Source: a virus. Taken from it: a DNA stretch of 64,000 nucleotides. Within the stretch, counting starts at the first letter, position 1. Each line of letters opens with the position of its first letter. A program made the translations under genes and the position numbers. Location: IMG/VR virus record IMGVR_UViG_3300036985_009306, positions 32,001-96,000 of that record; one strand, given 5' to 3'. Under the pieces are notes generated by a model. The model had not been told where the DNA came from. It did not search any database and saw only the letters and a program-made list of their open reading frames with translations. Positions 29,356-39,023 of the stretch are shown here, one piece after another.

Positions 29356-29574
29356 ATGGAAGAAGACAAGTTTATTGTGAAAGCAAAGGAATTGAGAGAG
29401 AAGCTTGGAGAGAAGAAAAAACAAGAAACTGAGCAGCAGACAAAGCAAAGAATGAAAAGTGTTTTAAGCAGTAGGGATAAAGCGATGAGACAGATTTGGG
29501 ATTATCAAGATGTTACAGGTATGCCGACACCACAGGAAACTGAGAAAAATTTTTTAGAGAATGAAATGAGTTAA
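29356..29574 (+). CDS. Small hypothetical protein
   Basis: AAGGAG SD; 72 aa. Confidence 0.6.
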   Translation: MEEDKFIVKAKELREKLGEKKKQETEQQTKQRMKSVLSSRDKAMRQIWDYQDVTGMPTPQETEKNFLENEMS

Positions 29575-29591
29575 AATTAAAGGAGAAAATT

Positions 29592-29996
29592 ATGGATGCA
29601 TTCGAATCATTGACAGAACTTGCTAAATTGGGTAAGATGACTAGAGAAGTTGAGATGGGTGAAATGAAGATTTTGTTGAGCACATTAGATGTTAAAGATG
29701 AGGGTGATGTGTTTATTTCATGTTCAGATTTGACAGGTAATGCATATTTTTATAAATTGAAGTGTGAAACATTGAAATATGCTATTAGGGCTGTAAATGG
29801 ACAGAGATTAGATGGTTATGAGAGTTTAAAAAATGGCGACGAGAGAGATAAGTTAAGAAAAGAGACATTGGAGAAGTTAGAAAAGATTTTGGGCACATGG
29901 GATCAGAATGTTATATCATTTTTGTATAAGAGGTGGGTTGATCTTTCAGAAGAATCTGAAGATCAACTTAAGTCAAAGGGAATAGTTGTTGAATAA
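29592..29996 (+). CDS. Tail assembly chaperone-like protein
   Basis: Immediately upstream of the tape measure gene; LSTLDVKDE...AIRAVNG...FLYKRW. Confidence 0.6.
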   Translation: MDAFESLTELAKLGKMTREVEMGEMKILLSTLDVKDEGDVFISCSDLTGNAYFYKLKCETLKYAIRAVNGQRLDGYESLKNGDERDKLRKETLEKLEKILGTWDQNVISFLYKRWVDLSEESEDQLKSKGIVVE

Positions 29997-30007
29997 TTGA
30001 GGTAAAC

Positions 30008-33000
30008 ATGGCCACTACTTCTAAGGAATATGTAAGTAAGCTTCAAATTCAGTCTAATATTGAAGAGGCTTTGGAGAATTTCCAGAAGCTATATATTAAG
30101 TTTTCTGAGATGCCTAAAGCTGTTGAGGGTTTTAATAAAGCTCTCAAGAAGAGTGAGGGATTGGAAAAAGTTTATTATGACATGATGACAGCTATACATA
30201 AGACTACTAAGAGAGTGTCTGAGTTGTCAAAAGTGGTGGCATTGCCTAAAAAACAGTTAGAGGGTATTTCAGATGTTGTGACTATGCTTGAAAGTGCTAT
30301 GAAGGGTTTTTCTGCTAAGGATTTTCTTGATCCTACTGTGATAAAAGATGCTAAGAATACTTTAGATGGAGCTGTTTTGAGTTTGAAAGAGCTTGAAGCT
30401 ACTAATCAAAAAGCTGTTGATAATTTTGATAAGCAAAGTATGCTTCTTAAAGATATTTCAAAACTTGAAGGAGTGATTGAAAGTAATTCAGATAGATATA
30501 GAGATTCAACAAGAGCTGTTTTAGGTACATATGGGAGCATTGTAGGTAAAGTAAAGACAATTAAGGATATGTTGAAGGAAGCTGAAACTGAAGGGCTTAG
30601 TGCAAGATCTATAGAGACTATAGAGAAAAAAATAAGAGAAGTTAAAAAAGATACTATTGGTCTTAATAATCTGACTGAAAATTATTCCAGAAAACTTGCT
30701 GATGTAGATAAATTTTTGAAAGATTCAGCTACTGTTGCAAAGGATTTTACTAATGAAACAGCAAAGGCAAATTTTGATAATGTCGTAAAACGGGCAGAAG
30801 AATTAAAAAGAAAATTAGAGGATTTAAAAAAGACAGGCGTAAAAGAAAGTTTTGAAGGATCAGAAGAAGAATTAAAAAAGATAAATGAAGATGCTAATAA
30901 AACAGTAGATTTCATGCTACAAATAAAGAAATTAGAGGATCAATCTGTTGCAGGTATGGTGAAAAAAGCAAAACTTGAACATGAAGCAAATAAAGCCTAC
31001 ATAAAGCAAACGATGAAGAGAGGTGGAATTGGCGGTGTTGTTGATACTTTTTCAGCGGTCAAAAAAGCTATACCTACTGCCGCAGTGGCAAAGTTTGGTG
31101 AAACTGGTGTAGTTGCTATGAAGGGGATTACTACAGCTGCAACATCTTTAATGTCTATGTTTGCACCTTTAGCTATGTTTGGTGGTGTGTTAGCTGCTGT
31201 TAGTGGTATGTTTGAATTGGAAAAAAAGGTTAAAGCTGCAAGAAAACAGATGTTTATGATGGCAGCCGATTCTAATTTAGCAGGTAAAGGGATAGCTGAA
31301 GTGGATTCTACTGTAGGTGATATGTCAAAGAGATTAGATAGTTTTAATTTAGTAGGGTTGGGAATAAATTTTGAAAAGGCAACAGAAGCAGCACAAGGTT
31401 TTGTGAGGGAGGGTTTTAAAGCACAAGATGTTGTAAATGATTTGACAAGTTCAACAGGTGGCATGTTTGCTGAAGCTGTTTCTTTGGGTATGAGTATAGA
31501 AGAATTGACTGGGAGAGCAGGAGAATTGAGAAAGCAGTTTGGATTAAGTCTTAGTGGAATAGATGATGCTTTTGAGACATTGAGAAAAAGTGCAAAGAAT
31601 GCAGGAATTAACATTTCTATATTTTTTGATAAGGTTATTAATGCAGCTACTGGTTTAGCTTTGTGGGGTAAAAAAGTAGGTGATGTGAGTGTAGTTTATT
31701 CGAAACTTTTTAAAGCAATGAAGTTGCCAGAAGCAATAGGAACTGAGCTTGCTGCAAAAATGGTTAAAAGTTTTAGTGATATGTCGACAGAGATGCAGAT
31801 AGTTACATATCAGCAGGGTGGTGGAGCAAAAAGATACAAAAAACAATCAGAAGAACGTCTGGCATTAATTGATGCTGAAATTGATGCAGCAAGAAAGCAG
31901 AAAGATTTTGCAAAAGCTGATCAATTAGAAATGGAAAAAAGTCAGTATAAAGAACAAGAAAAAAAGGGCGGAAAAGATCTATCTGCTCAGATGCAACGTT
32001 CGAGGTTATTGAATGTAGGAAATCAGATAGGATCTATGATGCAATTAGCTGGGAGTAAATTTGTGGTTGATTTTGATCAAAATGTGGAAGATCTCAGTAA
32101 AAAAATGAGTGATCAACAATATTCGATGGAAAAATTAAGTGAAATAATGAATTGGGATAGAGAAATGACTGAAGGTATGACAAGAGCTTTACGAAATGTG
32201 AAGTTAACTATTGATAAACTTAATGCAGCTGCTCAAGGTATCGAGGGTAATACTGATGAAAATAAACGATTAGATGCAATTATTGATATTACAGGTGGTT
32301 CACAAAGAATAGCTGTTTATGCAAAAAGACTTTCAAAAAATACAAATAAGTTAGACAAAGCAGCATTAAAAGAGCTTGTAACTCAGTTCCCATTTTTAGC
32401 AGGTAAGATTGAAGAGGGTGAGATTAATTATGATAAGTTAGAAAAAGCTGTTAATGATGGTATAGGAACTCCTGAACAAAAATCTAAAGAAATTTTTAAT
32501 GATTTGTCAAAAATGTCTAAAAAACAGTTAGATGTTTTTGCCAAAGGTCTTGAGAGTATTCCTGGTTTAAGTGATGATCAAAGGAAAGCTTTGGCAATAG
32601 CAGAAGAAAACTCTAATTTACAAGAAAAGCAACAACAAATAGCTAATATTCTTTCTAAAGTAAATACAAGTTCTGATTTCTGGGGTAAGGCACAAGCCGA
32701 TATTGCTACAAAAGTTGAAGCTGATAAGCAAAAAGAGATCGGTGCCGAGACATTAAGGCAAACAAAATCAACTAAACAAGCAATAGAGGATGCAATTGGA
32801 ACAATACTTAGAGATGGATTTAGATGGCTTGAAAAATTGTATGGAGCTTTTGTACATGCATTTCCTTGGACAGGTGTAGTCACTGATGCTGCCACTGCAG
32901 AAGAAAATGCAAACAAACAAACTACAGAAATTAAAGGTCAAGCTGCAGGTATGATAGATAAGCCAGGAAGTAAAGCACGATCAAAAGAATTTCTAACAGA

Positions 33001-33538
33001 TAAATTAAATGAACTTCAAGATGCATATGATGAAAAATTAAAAGAATATCACAAACAAAAAACAATAAGTGATTTTGTACCTCTTGCTGATTTTGGATCA
33101 AAAAAAGCAGGTGCAAAATGGAATGAGTTACATGCTCTTGAGATAGCCATTGCTAATTTACAAAATGCATTAAATGAAATTCCAACAGAGGGCTCTACAG
33201 CTCCTCTAGTGGGCTCTAGAGCTCCATCTACAATATTGGATAAGTTAAAAGAAAAAAAGGCAAAAGGTGGTGTGGTAGGAGGTACTAGTTTTTCGGGAGA
33301 CAAAGTTCTTGCTGCACTTAATTCAGGGGAACTAGTTATACCTAAAGAGATATGGCAAAATGCTATTCCTGGATATGCTAGAGGTGGAATAACTCCTGAT
33401 GCAGGTATGGGAACAACAGGCTCTATGTCAAGTAAAACTATAAATGATAATAGAGTAATAAATTTGTATGTAAATCAAAATGACAGAAAACAAATTGAAC
33501 AAATAGTTTTGAATGCGATCTATACAGATAAAATGTAA
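30008..33538 (+). CDS. Tail tape measure protein
   Basis: 1176 aa, helical and A/K/E-rich, with a central hydrophobic segment (LMSMFAPLAMFGGVLAAVSGMF) and C-terminal AKGGVV...DKVLAALNSGELVIP motif; canonical position. Confidence 0.85.
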   Translation: MATTSKEYVSKLQIQSNIEEALENFQKLYIKFSEMPKAVEGFNKALKKSEGLEKVYYDMMTAIHKTTKRVSELSKVVALPKKQLEGISDVVTMLESAMKGFSAKDFLDPTVIKDAKNTLDGAVLSLKELEATNQKAVDNFDKQSMLLKDISKLEGVIESNSDRYRDSTRAVLGTYGSIVGKVKTIKDMLKEAETEGLSARSIETIEKKIREVKKDTIGLNNLTENYSRKLADVDKFLKDSATVAKDFTNETAKANFDNVVKRAEELKRKLEDLKKTGVKESFEGSEEELKKINEDANKTVDFMLQIKKLEDQSVAGMVKKAKLEHEANKAYIKQTMKRGGIGGVVDTFSAVKKAIPTAAVAKFGETGVVAMKGITTAATSLMSMFAPLAMFGGVLAAVSGMFELEKKVKAARKQMFMMAADSNLAGKGIAEVDSTVGDMSKRLDSFNLVGLGINFEKATEAAQGFVREGFKAQDVVNDLTSSTGGMFAEAVSLGMSIEELTGRAGELRKQFGLSLSGIDDAFETLRKSAKNAGINISIFFDKVINAATGLALWGKKVGDVSVVYSKLFKAMKLPEAIGTELAAKMVKSFSDMSTEMQIVTYQQGGGAKRYKKQSEERLALIDAEIDAARKQKDFAKADQLEMEKSQYKEQEKKGGKDLSAQMQRSRLLNVGNQIGSMMQLAGSKFVVDFDQNVEDLSKKMSDQQYSMEKLSEIMNWDREMTEGMTRALRNVKLTIDKLNAAAQGIEGNTDENKRLDAIIDITGGSQRIAVYAKRLSKNTNKLDKAALKELVTQFPFLAGKIEEGEINYDKLEKAVNDGIGTPEQKSKEIFNDLSKMSKKQLDVFAKGLESIPGLSDDQRKALAIAEENSNLQEKQQQIANILSKVNTSSDFWGKAQADIATKVEADKQKEIGAETLRQTKSTKQAIEDAIGTILRDGFRWLEKLYGAFVHAFPWTGVVTDAATAEENANKQTTEIKGQAAGMIDKPGSKARSKEFLTDKLNELQDAYDEKLKEYHKQKTISDFVPLADFGSKKAGAKWNELHALEIAIANLQNALNEIPTEGSTAPLVGSRAPSTILDKLKEKKAKGGVVGGTSFSGDKVLAALNSGELVIPKEIWQNAIPGYARGGITPDAGMGTTGSMSSKTINDNRVINLYVNQNDRKQIEQIVLNAIYTDKM

Positions 33539-33570
33539 TTTTTTATAGTTTTTATAAAAAGAGTTTTATC

Positions 33571-33795
33571 ATGAAAAATATTTCTAAATTAGCTGAACAG
33601 ATTGTTTCAAAAACATTGACAAATTTACCTTCAATTAAGGTTGATTTTAGTACTGTTAAGAAAAAAATAGAAAAACTTGAAAAAGGGATTTCTACATTTA
33701 ATGGAGATGATTCTTCTTGGGAAACCATTGAAAACTGGAAACCATTAGCTGAAGAAATAATTCAAGATTTAGAAAGCATAATGGAGAAATTATAA
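33571..33795 (+). CDS. Small hypothetical protein
   Basis: 74 aa; its stop overlaps the next start (TAATG). Confidence 0.55.
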   Translation: MKNISKLAEQIVSKTLTNLPSIKVDFSTVKKKIEKLEKGISTFNGDDSSWETIENWKPLAEEIIQDLESIMEKL

Positions 33796-35171
33796 TGCAT
33801 AAATATTCTGACAATTGTCCGTTCTGCAAAATTTTTAAAGCAGATGACAAAGATAAATCTAGTTATGATAAAGAAGTACATCCAAATAATAAAAAATTTT
33901 GGAAATCTTTACCGAGCAACTCAGAACATGCTCTTGGTCGTCATCCTGTTTTTACATTAAGTGGTGAAGAGCTTGATAGAGCTTCATACAAACATACTAA
34001 AGATTTATCTGAAAAACACAAAGTAAAAGATGAAGAATTAGGCATGCTATTCCAACAAATGATAAAAAAAGAACATGCTCATAAGAAAAAACTTGAAGAA
34101 CTTGCTGTAAGTGCTGTAGCAAAAATGATGAAAGTAGACAAGAGTGAACTTGTGGCAAAACTTACTAATGAAGTTGATATTAATGAAACTGAGCCTCTTA
34201 AACCAGAAGAAATGAAAGCCTTGCCAAAGAATCTTCTTGATGAAGCAAATAAACGTATAACGAGTAATGCATTTGCACAGGGCGCATCTGTGCATGCTTA
34301 TCTAACTGCACATTTTTTTGAAGAAATACAAGATGAGATAAAGAAGATAGACCCTAAACTTGTAGATATTTATTCTAAAATTACCACAGGTTCACATAAG
34401 TTATATTGGAAACTAGATATGTCGGTTATGGGTTTGGGAAATGCTGCTGTGGGATCTGTTAGACCAAAGCAAGATAATGATGGTGATATCAAAATGGAAG
34501 CAAAAGCACCAGTGTTTATTGTTTTAGTGCAAGAACTTGTTAAAGGAGTTTTAGAATTAAAGTATTTAAAACATTTGCAACAAAAATCATCAGAGGAACT
34601 TAGTGACGATGATATTAAAAAGATATTTCAATATGCAGATAAAATTGAAGATGAGCCAAGATTGATTCAAATTGGTCCTGAGTTATGGAGGAGATTTTTG
34701 AAAGTTCTTAATAGTTCTAAAGTTAAAGGCTCTAAGTCTCCTGTAGAAGTTTATGAGCATTTGATGAAGCTTCCACCTAAAGATTTGCATAAGTTTGTTC
34801 AATTAGTAGTAGATGAGCCTGATAAAGCTCCACATGAACTCGAGTTATTACTTGAAGATGATAATAAAGTCGATCTTGAGCAATTATTAAAAGAGCTAGA
34901 GAATCCAGAAGATATAAAATTTTCTGCTGCAGGACCAATGACAGCACCGATGCCAGTTAAAACTCCAACACCTACAAAGCAGCCTTATGAAGTTCCAGGG
35001 AAAAACCCAAGAGTAATTCCATTACCACAACCTAAGAATACAGCTCCTGTTAAGACACCTGTTAAAACACCTGTTAAAACTCCAGCACCAGCAAAAGAAG
35101 TTCCTGGGCAGAAACCTCGTGTTATTCCTTTACCACAGCCCAAAAATGATTTTATTAAAAAATCAAAATAA
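33795..35171 (+). CDS. Hypothetical protein with MHKYSDNCPFCK leader and Pro-rich repetitive tail
   Basis: ORF track; C-terminal VKTP and EVPG..PRVIPLPQPKN repeats. Confidence 0.8.
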   Translation: MHKYSDNCPFCKIFKADDKDKSSYDKEVHPNNKKFWKSLPSNSEHALGRHPVFTLSGEELDRASYKHTKDLSEKHKVKDEELGMLFQQMIKKEHAHKKKLEELAVSAVAKMMKVDKSELVAKLTNEVDINETEPLKPEEMKALPKNLLDEANKRITSNAFAQGASVHAYLTAHFFEEIQDEIKKIDPKLVDIYSKITTGSHKLYWKLDMSVMGLGNAAVGSVRPKQDNDGDIKMEAKAPVFIVLVQELVKGVLELKYLKHLQQKSSEELSDDDIKKIFQYADKIEDEPRLIQIGPELWRRFLKVLNSSKVKGSKSPVEVYEHLMKLPPKDLHKFVQLVVDEPDKAPHELELLLEDDNKVDLEQLLKELENPEDIKFSAAGPMTAPMPVKTPTPTKQPYEVPGKNPRVIPLPQPKNTAPVKTPVKTPVKTPAPAKEVPGQKPRVIPLPQPKNDFIKKSK

Positions 35172-35173
35172 TT

Positions 35174-35821
35174 ATGCATAAATATTCTGAAAATTGTCCA
35201 TTTTGTAAGATTTCTGGTATAGATATGTTTGAATTAACTCCAGAAGAGAAAATAGAACTAGAAGAAATTGATAGAGAATTGGTAAAAGAAATAGATGAAA
35301 GAAAAGATAAGTCAAGAAAATTAAGAAAAGAAAACCAAGAGATATTAAAAAAACAAAAAGAAATTTTATTGACACAAGGCATTGCATTAACTGCTGAAAA
35401 CAAAACTGACCATAAAATTAATAGTATTTATAGTTTTTCAATAGATTTAAAAAGCCCATTTGCAATAGAGATTTCTTATTTTAGAAGAATATATAATGTT
35501 GCGCATTATGATGAAATAAAAAGAGAATTTTTAGACAAATTAAATTTTAAAATGTTAGATGAATATGAGTATCTTGATACAAAAGCAAGATCTCAATGTA
35601 GACATGCTGAAATGATTAATGTAAGTTTTTTAAAAACTTGTAGAAAATTAGGTGAATTTTTAAAAAGATTTTTTAAAACCAAACAAGATACAAGATATAA
35701 GATTTATGAAGTACACATTCTTGATACAAGACTTGGTATGGTAAAAGAATATGTAAGTTTTGTTGAGCAAATAGAAAAGATTTTGGAAAAAATAAAACAG
35801 GACAAAAAACAAAATGCATAA
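35174..35821 (+). CDS. Leader-family paralog (MHKYSENCPFCK)
   Basis: Shares the leader, FELTPEEK and FLDKL..KMLDEYEYLD blocks with neighbours. Confidence 0.75.
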   Translation: MHKYSENCPFCKISGIDMFELTPEEKIELEEIDRELVKEIDERKDKSRKLRKENQEILKKQKEILLTQGIALTAENKTDHKINSIYSFSIDLKSPFAIEISYFRRIYNVAHYDEIKREFLDKLNFKMLDEYEYLDTKARSQCRHAEMINVSFLKTCRKLGEFLKRFFKTKQDTRYKIYEVHILDTRLGMVKEYVSFVEQIEKILEKIKQDKKQNA

Positions 35822-36758
35822 ATATTCAGATAATTGTTTGTTATGTAAAGTGTATTCAAATATTGACACTTTTGAACTTACATCTGAAGATAAAGTCAAG
35901 TTAAAAGAAGCACTTAATGATCTTAAAAAACAAGAAGATGATGTATTAGAAGTATGGAAAAAAATTAAAAAACAAAATGATGAAGATTTGAAAAAAATGG
36001 AAGAGATTTTGTCTAAAGTAACTAAAAGAATTCCAGAAACAAGAGCAACTTATTTTGATGTTAAGTATTTTTATGAGAAACCTTCAAAAGAAGTTTTAGA
36101 CAAGTTAGAACCTAAAATGCTAGATGAATATGATCATCTTGATACAAGAACTGAAGCTCAAGTAAAAAAGATAAGCAAAACTGATCTTTTTAAAACAATG
36201 AATTTAGAAAAAATTAAAGATTTTTTAAAAGATTTATTTAAAACAAAAATTACTGTAACAAGAGATCAGCTACATAATGTAGAAAGTTTGAATTTTAAAC
36301 ATAAAGGCAGACTTTATAAAGTTTTTTTAACAGAAACAATTTTTGTAAAGTCCTGGATTGATTTTAAAACTTCGTTAAAAGATGAAGATGATGTTTTAGA
36401 TCAAATAGAAGAAATTTTAAAAACTATTAGATCAAGAGAAAAGGTTAAGACTCATTATGATATTTTTAAAGATCTTAAGTTTACAGAAATTATAAACAAA
36501 TATGATTTAAAAGTTGATAAGAAAAAAGAAGGAACTTTCATTTTAAGAATAAATGAGCGTTCAGGTGAAAGAATAACCCTATCAGATACAGGTAGATTAA
36601 GGTATTATAGAGATAAGTATGATGAATATGCAAGACTTCTTATGACTCTTACAAGAAGTGATGAAGAAAATTTTACAAAAAAAATGTATTATGAGTTTTT
36701 AGATAAAATTGATTCTTTTCTTACGAAACAAAAAAAGAACAAAGAAAAAACAAAATGA
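35814..36758 (+). CDS. Leader-family paralog (MHKYSDNCLLCK)
   Basis: As above, plus KYDLKV..K..G.F.L...E..GE...S.TG.LRYY shared with 36755. Confidence 0.75.
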   Translation: MHKYSDNCLLCKVYSNIDTFELTSEDKVKLKEALNDLKKQEDDVLEVWKKIKKQNDEDLKKMEEILSKVTKRIPETRATYFDVKYFYEKPSKEVLDKLEPKMLDEYDHLDTRTEAQVKKISKTDLFKTMNLEKIKDFLKDLFKTKITVTRDQLHNVESLNFKHKGRLYKVFLTETIFVKSWIDFKTSLKDEDDVLDQIEEILKTIRSREKVKTHYDIFKDLKFTEIINKYDLKVDKKKEGTFILRINERSGERITLSDTGRLRYYRDKYDEYARLLMTLTRSDEENFTKKMYYEFLDKIDSFLTKQKKNKEKTK

Positions 36759-37672
36759 ACATACTTAATTTTGTTTTAAGAGAAAGCAAACCTTATATGC
36801 ATAAATATTCTGACAATTGTCCATTTTGTAAGATTTACTCAGGATTAGACACATTTGAACTTACACCAGAAGAGAAATCAAAATTATTAGAAATTGATAA
36901 AGATTTTAAAAAACAAGATGAAGAATATGTTTCTGTTATAGATAAATATAAAATTTCTAATGATGAAGATTTAAAAAGAATAAAAGAAATTTTGTTAGAA
37001 GTTACTGATAATTTACCTAAAATTGATTATTTAGTCACTTTAGGTAAAGATGGCAAGATAGAATATATTAATGAAGAGCTTAAAAAAGAAGTTTTAGATA
37101 AATTAGATCCTAAAAAACTTGAAGAATATGAATATCTTGATGCAAGAACCAGATCTAGATATAAAAAAGCTAAAGACATAACAATTGATTTTTCAAAAAC
37201 AATTAATTTTTTAAAAATTGTAAGCAAACTTGAATCATTTTTAAAAGATGATCTTAAGTTAAAAATTAATAAAAGTTTTGACAATTTTATTTATGATTAT
37301 GGAAATAAAACATATCATATATTTTTGGGTTTTAAACAAGATATTTATCAACAAGTGGAAAAAAATCTTAAGACTATGAAGAAAAAAAATGAAAAAAAGG
37401 TTACTAATAAAATTGTTGATGACCCTAAATTTAAACAAATTGTTGAAAAATATGATTTAAAAGTTCATTTTAAAACCAAGGGTGGATTTACTTTGACTGT
37501 AGATGAAGGAACGGGTGAAAAATATGATGTTTCAAGTACTGGAAATTTAAGATATTATAATGACAGATACTCTCAAGGAAGTCTTATTCTTAGTTCAAAT
37601 GACAATATTAAGATTTTAGATAAAATTGATGAAAATATAACTAAGAGAAGAAAAAAAATGGAGAAGAAATGA
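36755..37672 (+). CDS. Leader-family paralog carrying both MNILNFVLRE and MHKYSDNCPFCK (second Met at 36797)
   Basis: Read directly from the translation. Confidence 0.75.
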   Translation: MNILNFVLRESKPYMHKYSDNCPFCKIYSGLDTFELTPEEKSKLLEIDKDFKKQDEEYVSVIDKYKISNDEDLKRIKEILLEVTDNLPKIDYLVTLGKDGKIEYINEELKKEVLDKLDPKKLEEYEYLDARTRSRYKKAKDITIDFSKTINFLKIVSKLESFLKDDLKLKINKSFDNFIYDYGNKTYHIFLGFKQDIYQQVEKNLKTMKKKNEKKVTNKIVDDPKFKQIVEKYDLKVHFKTKGGFTLTVDEGTGEKYDVSSTGNLRYYNDRYSQGSLILSSNDNIKILDKIDENITKRRKKMEKK

Positions 37673-39021
37673 ATATACTTAATTTTGTCTTAAGAGAAGC
37701 ACATATTGAGAAATGGGCGCTGTTGCAACAGCAACAGTTAGACAATATGGTGCATCAAGTTTTTGCTAAATATAAAGAAAAATTGATAAACAAAAAACCT
37801 GATGACACGTATTTTCTACATCATTCTTATACAGATTATGTTAAAGAATTAAAGAAGCCTTATTTTGAATATGCTAAAAAGTTTAATGAACATGTAGTTA
37901 AGAAGTTAACAATTGATTTTAAAAACGAAAAATTGCTTTTAATTTGGTTATTAGAACAAGTTGTCACAAACCAAATAAAAGCTGTTTCAATTGATGAAGA
38001 TGTTGATGTAATTAAAAACAATTTACATCTTTATTTTGAAAATAAAGGAAAAATTCATAAAAACATATTTGATTCTACATATAATGACCTTAAAAAATGG
38101 GTTGTACCTTATCAACCTAAAGGTGAAGAAAGCAAGCATAAAAAATTTTTAAGCAAACCTTATATTGAGGGAAAAGAATACAAAATTTATAAAATAACAA
38201 AAGTTGATGAGTGTGTAAAGATAAGCAAAGGAACATCATGGTGTACTCAAGGCATAGCAAATGCTGAGTCTTATCTTAAAAAAGGTCCATTGTGGTTAGT
38301 GACAAAAAATGATAAAAGATTTGCTTTGATAAGTTTTGAGTCTGGTTCTTACATGGATGTTAATGATCAGAGGCTAAAACCTGAAGTTGTATTTGAAATT
38401 TTTGATATTTGGCCAGAAGCTGAAAAGAAATTGATTGAAAATTTGAAGGGTAATAGTTATTCAATAAAGTTTTTAAGAAATCTAAGTGAAGAACAACAAC
38501 TTGAGATGATGCCAAAGGAACCTGATGTTTTTCAACATTTATATAAACCAACTGAAAAAGTAATAAATAAAGCTGTTAAAGAAGATGGTTCTAATATTCA
38601 ATATGTCAAGAATCCTTCAAAAGAACTTCAAGAAGAAGCAATTAAGCAAGATGCAGATAACATTGAAAGAATAGATCATATAGATCCTGAAATTGAAAAA
38701 AGACTTATAGATATTAATCCAGATGCAATAAAACATATGAAAAATCCTTCTGAGGAAACTCAAGAAAAAGTTGTCAGGTTACATGGATTAGCAATTAAAC
38801 ATATCAAAGATCCATCTGAAAAGGTTAAATTATTAGCTGTAAAACAAAATGGTAAAGCAATTAGACATTTAAAAGATCCTTCTGTTGAAGTTCAAATGGC
38901 AGCTGTTAATAATAAATGGCATTCTCTTGCTTATATTAAAAATCCAGATAAAAAAGTAATAGAAAGAGCAATAGAGATTGATCCAAGAGCTGAAGAATTT
39001 GTTGACATGAAAGCAATTTAA
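37669..39021 (+). CDS. MNILNFVLRE-leader protein with WCT-motif domain and DUF4116-like helical repeats
   Basis: GTSWCTQG...YLKKGPLW...MDVND, followed by about 6 A(V/I)K.(D/N)G..I..(I/V)K(N/D)PS repeats. Confidence 0.7.
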   Translation: MNILNFVLREAHIEKWALLQQQQLDNMVHQVFAKYKEKLINKKPDDTYFLHHSYTDYVKELKKPYFEYAKKFNEHVVKKLTIDFKNEKLLLIWLLEQVVTNQIKAVSIDEDVDVIKNNLHLYFENKGKIHKNIFDSTYNDLKKWVVPYQPKGEESKHKKFLSKPYIEGKEYKIYKITKVDECVKISKGTSWCTQGIANAESYLKKGPLWLVTKNDKRFALISFESGSYMDVNDQRLKPEVVFEIFDIWPEAEKKLIENLKGNSYSIKFLRNLSEEQQLEMMPKEPDVFQHLYKPTEKVINKAVKEDGSNIQYVKNPSKELQEEAIKQDADNIERIDHIDPEIEKRLIDINPDAIKHMKNPSEETQEKVVRLHGLAIKHIKDPSEKVKLLAVKQNGKAIRHLKDPSVEVQMAAVNNKWHSLAYIKNPDKKVIERAIEIDPRAEEFVDMKAI

Positions 39022-39023
39022 TT

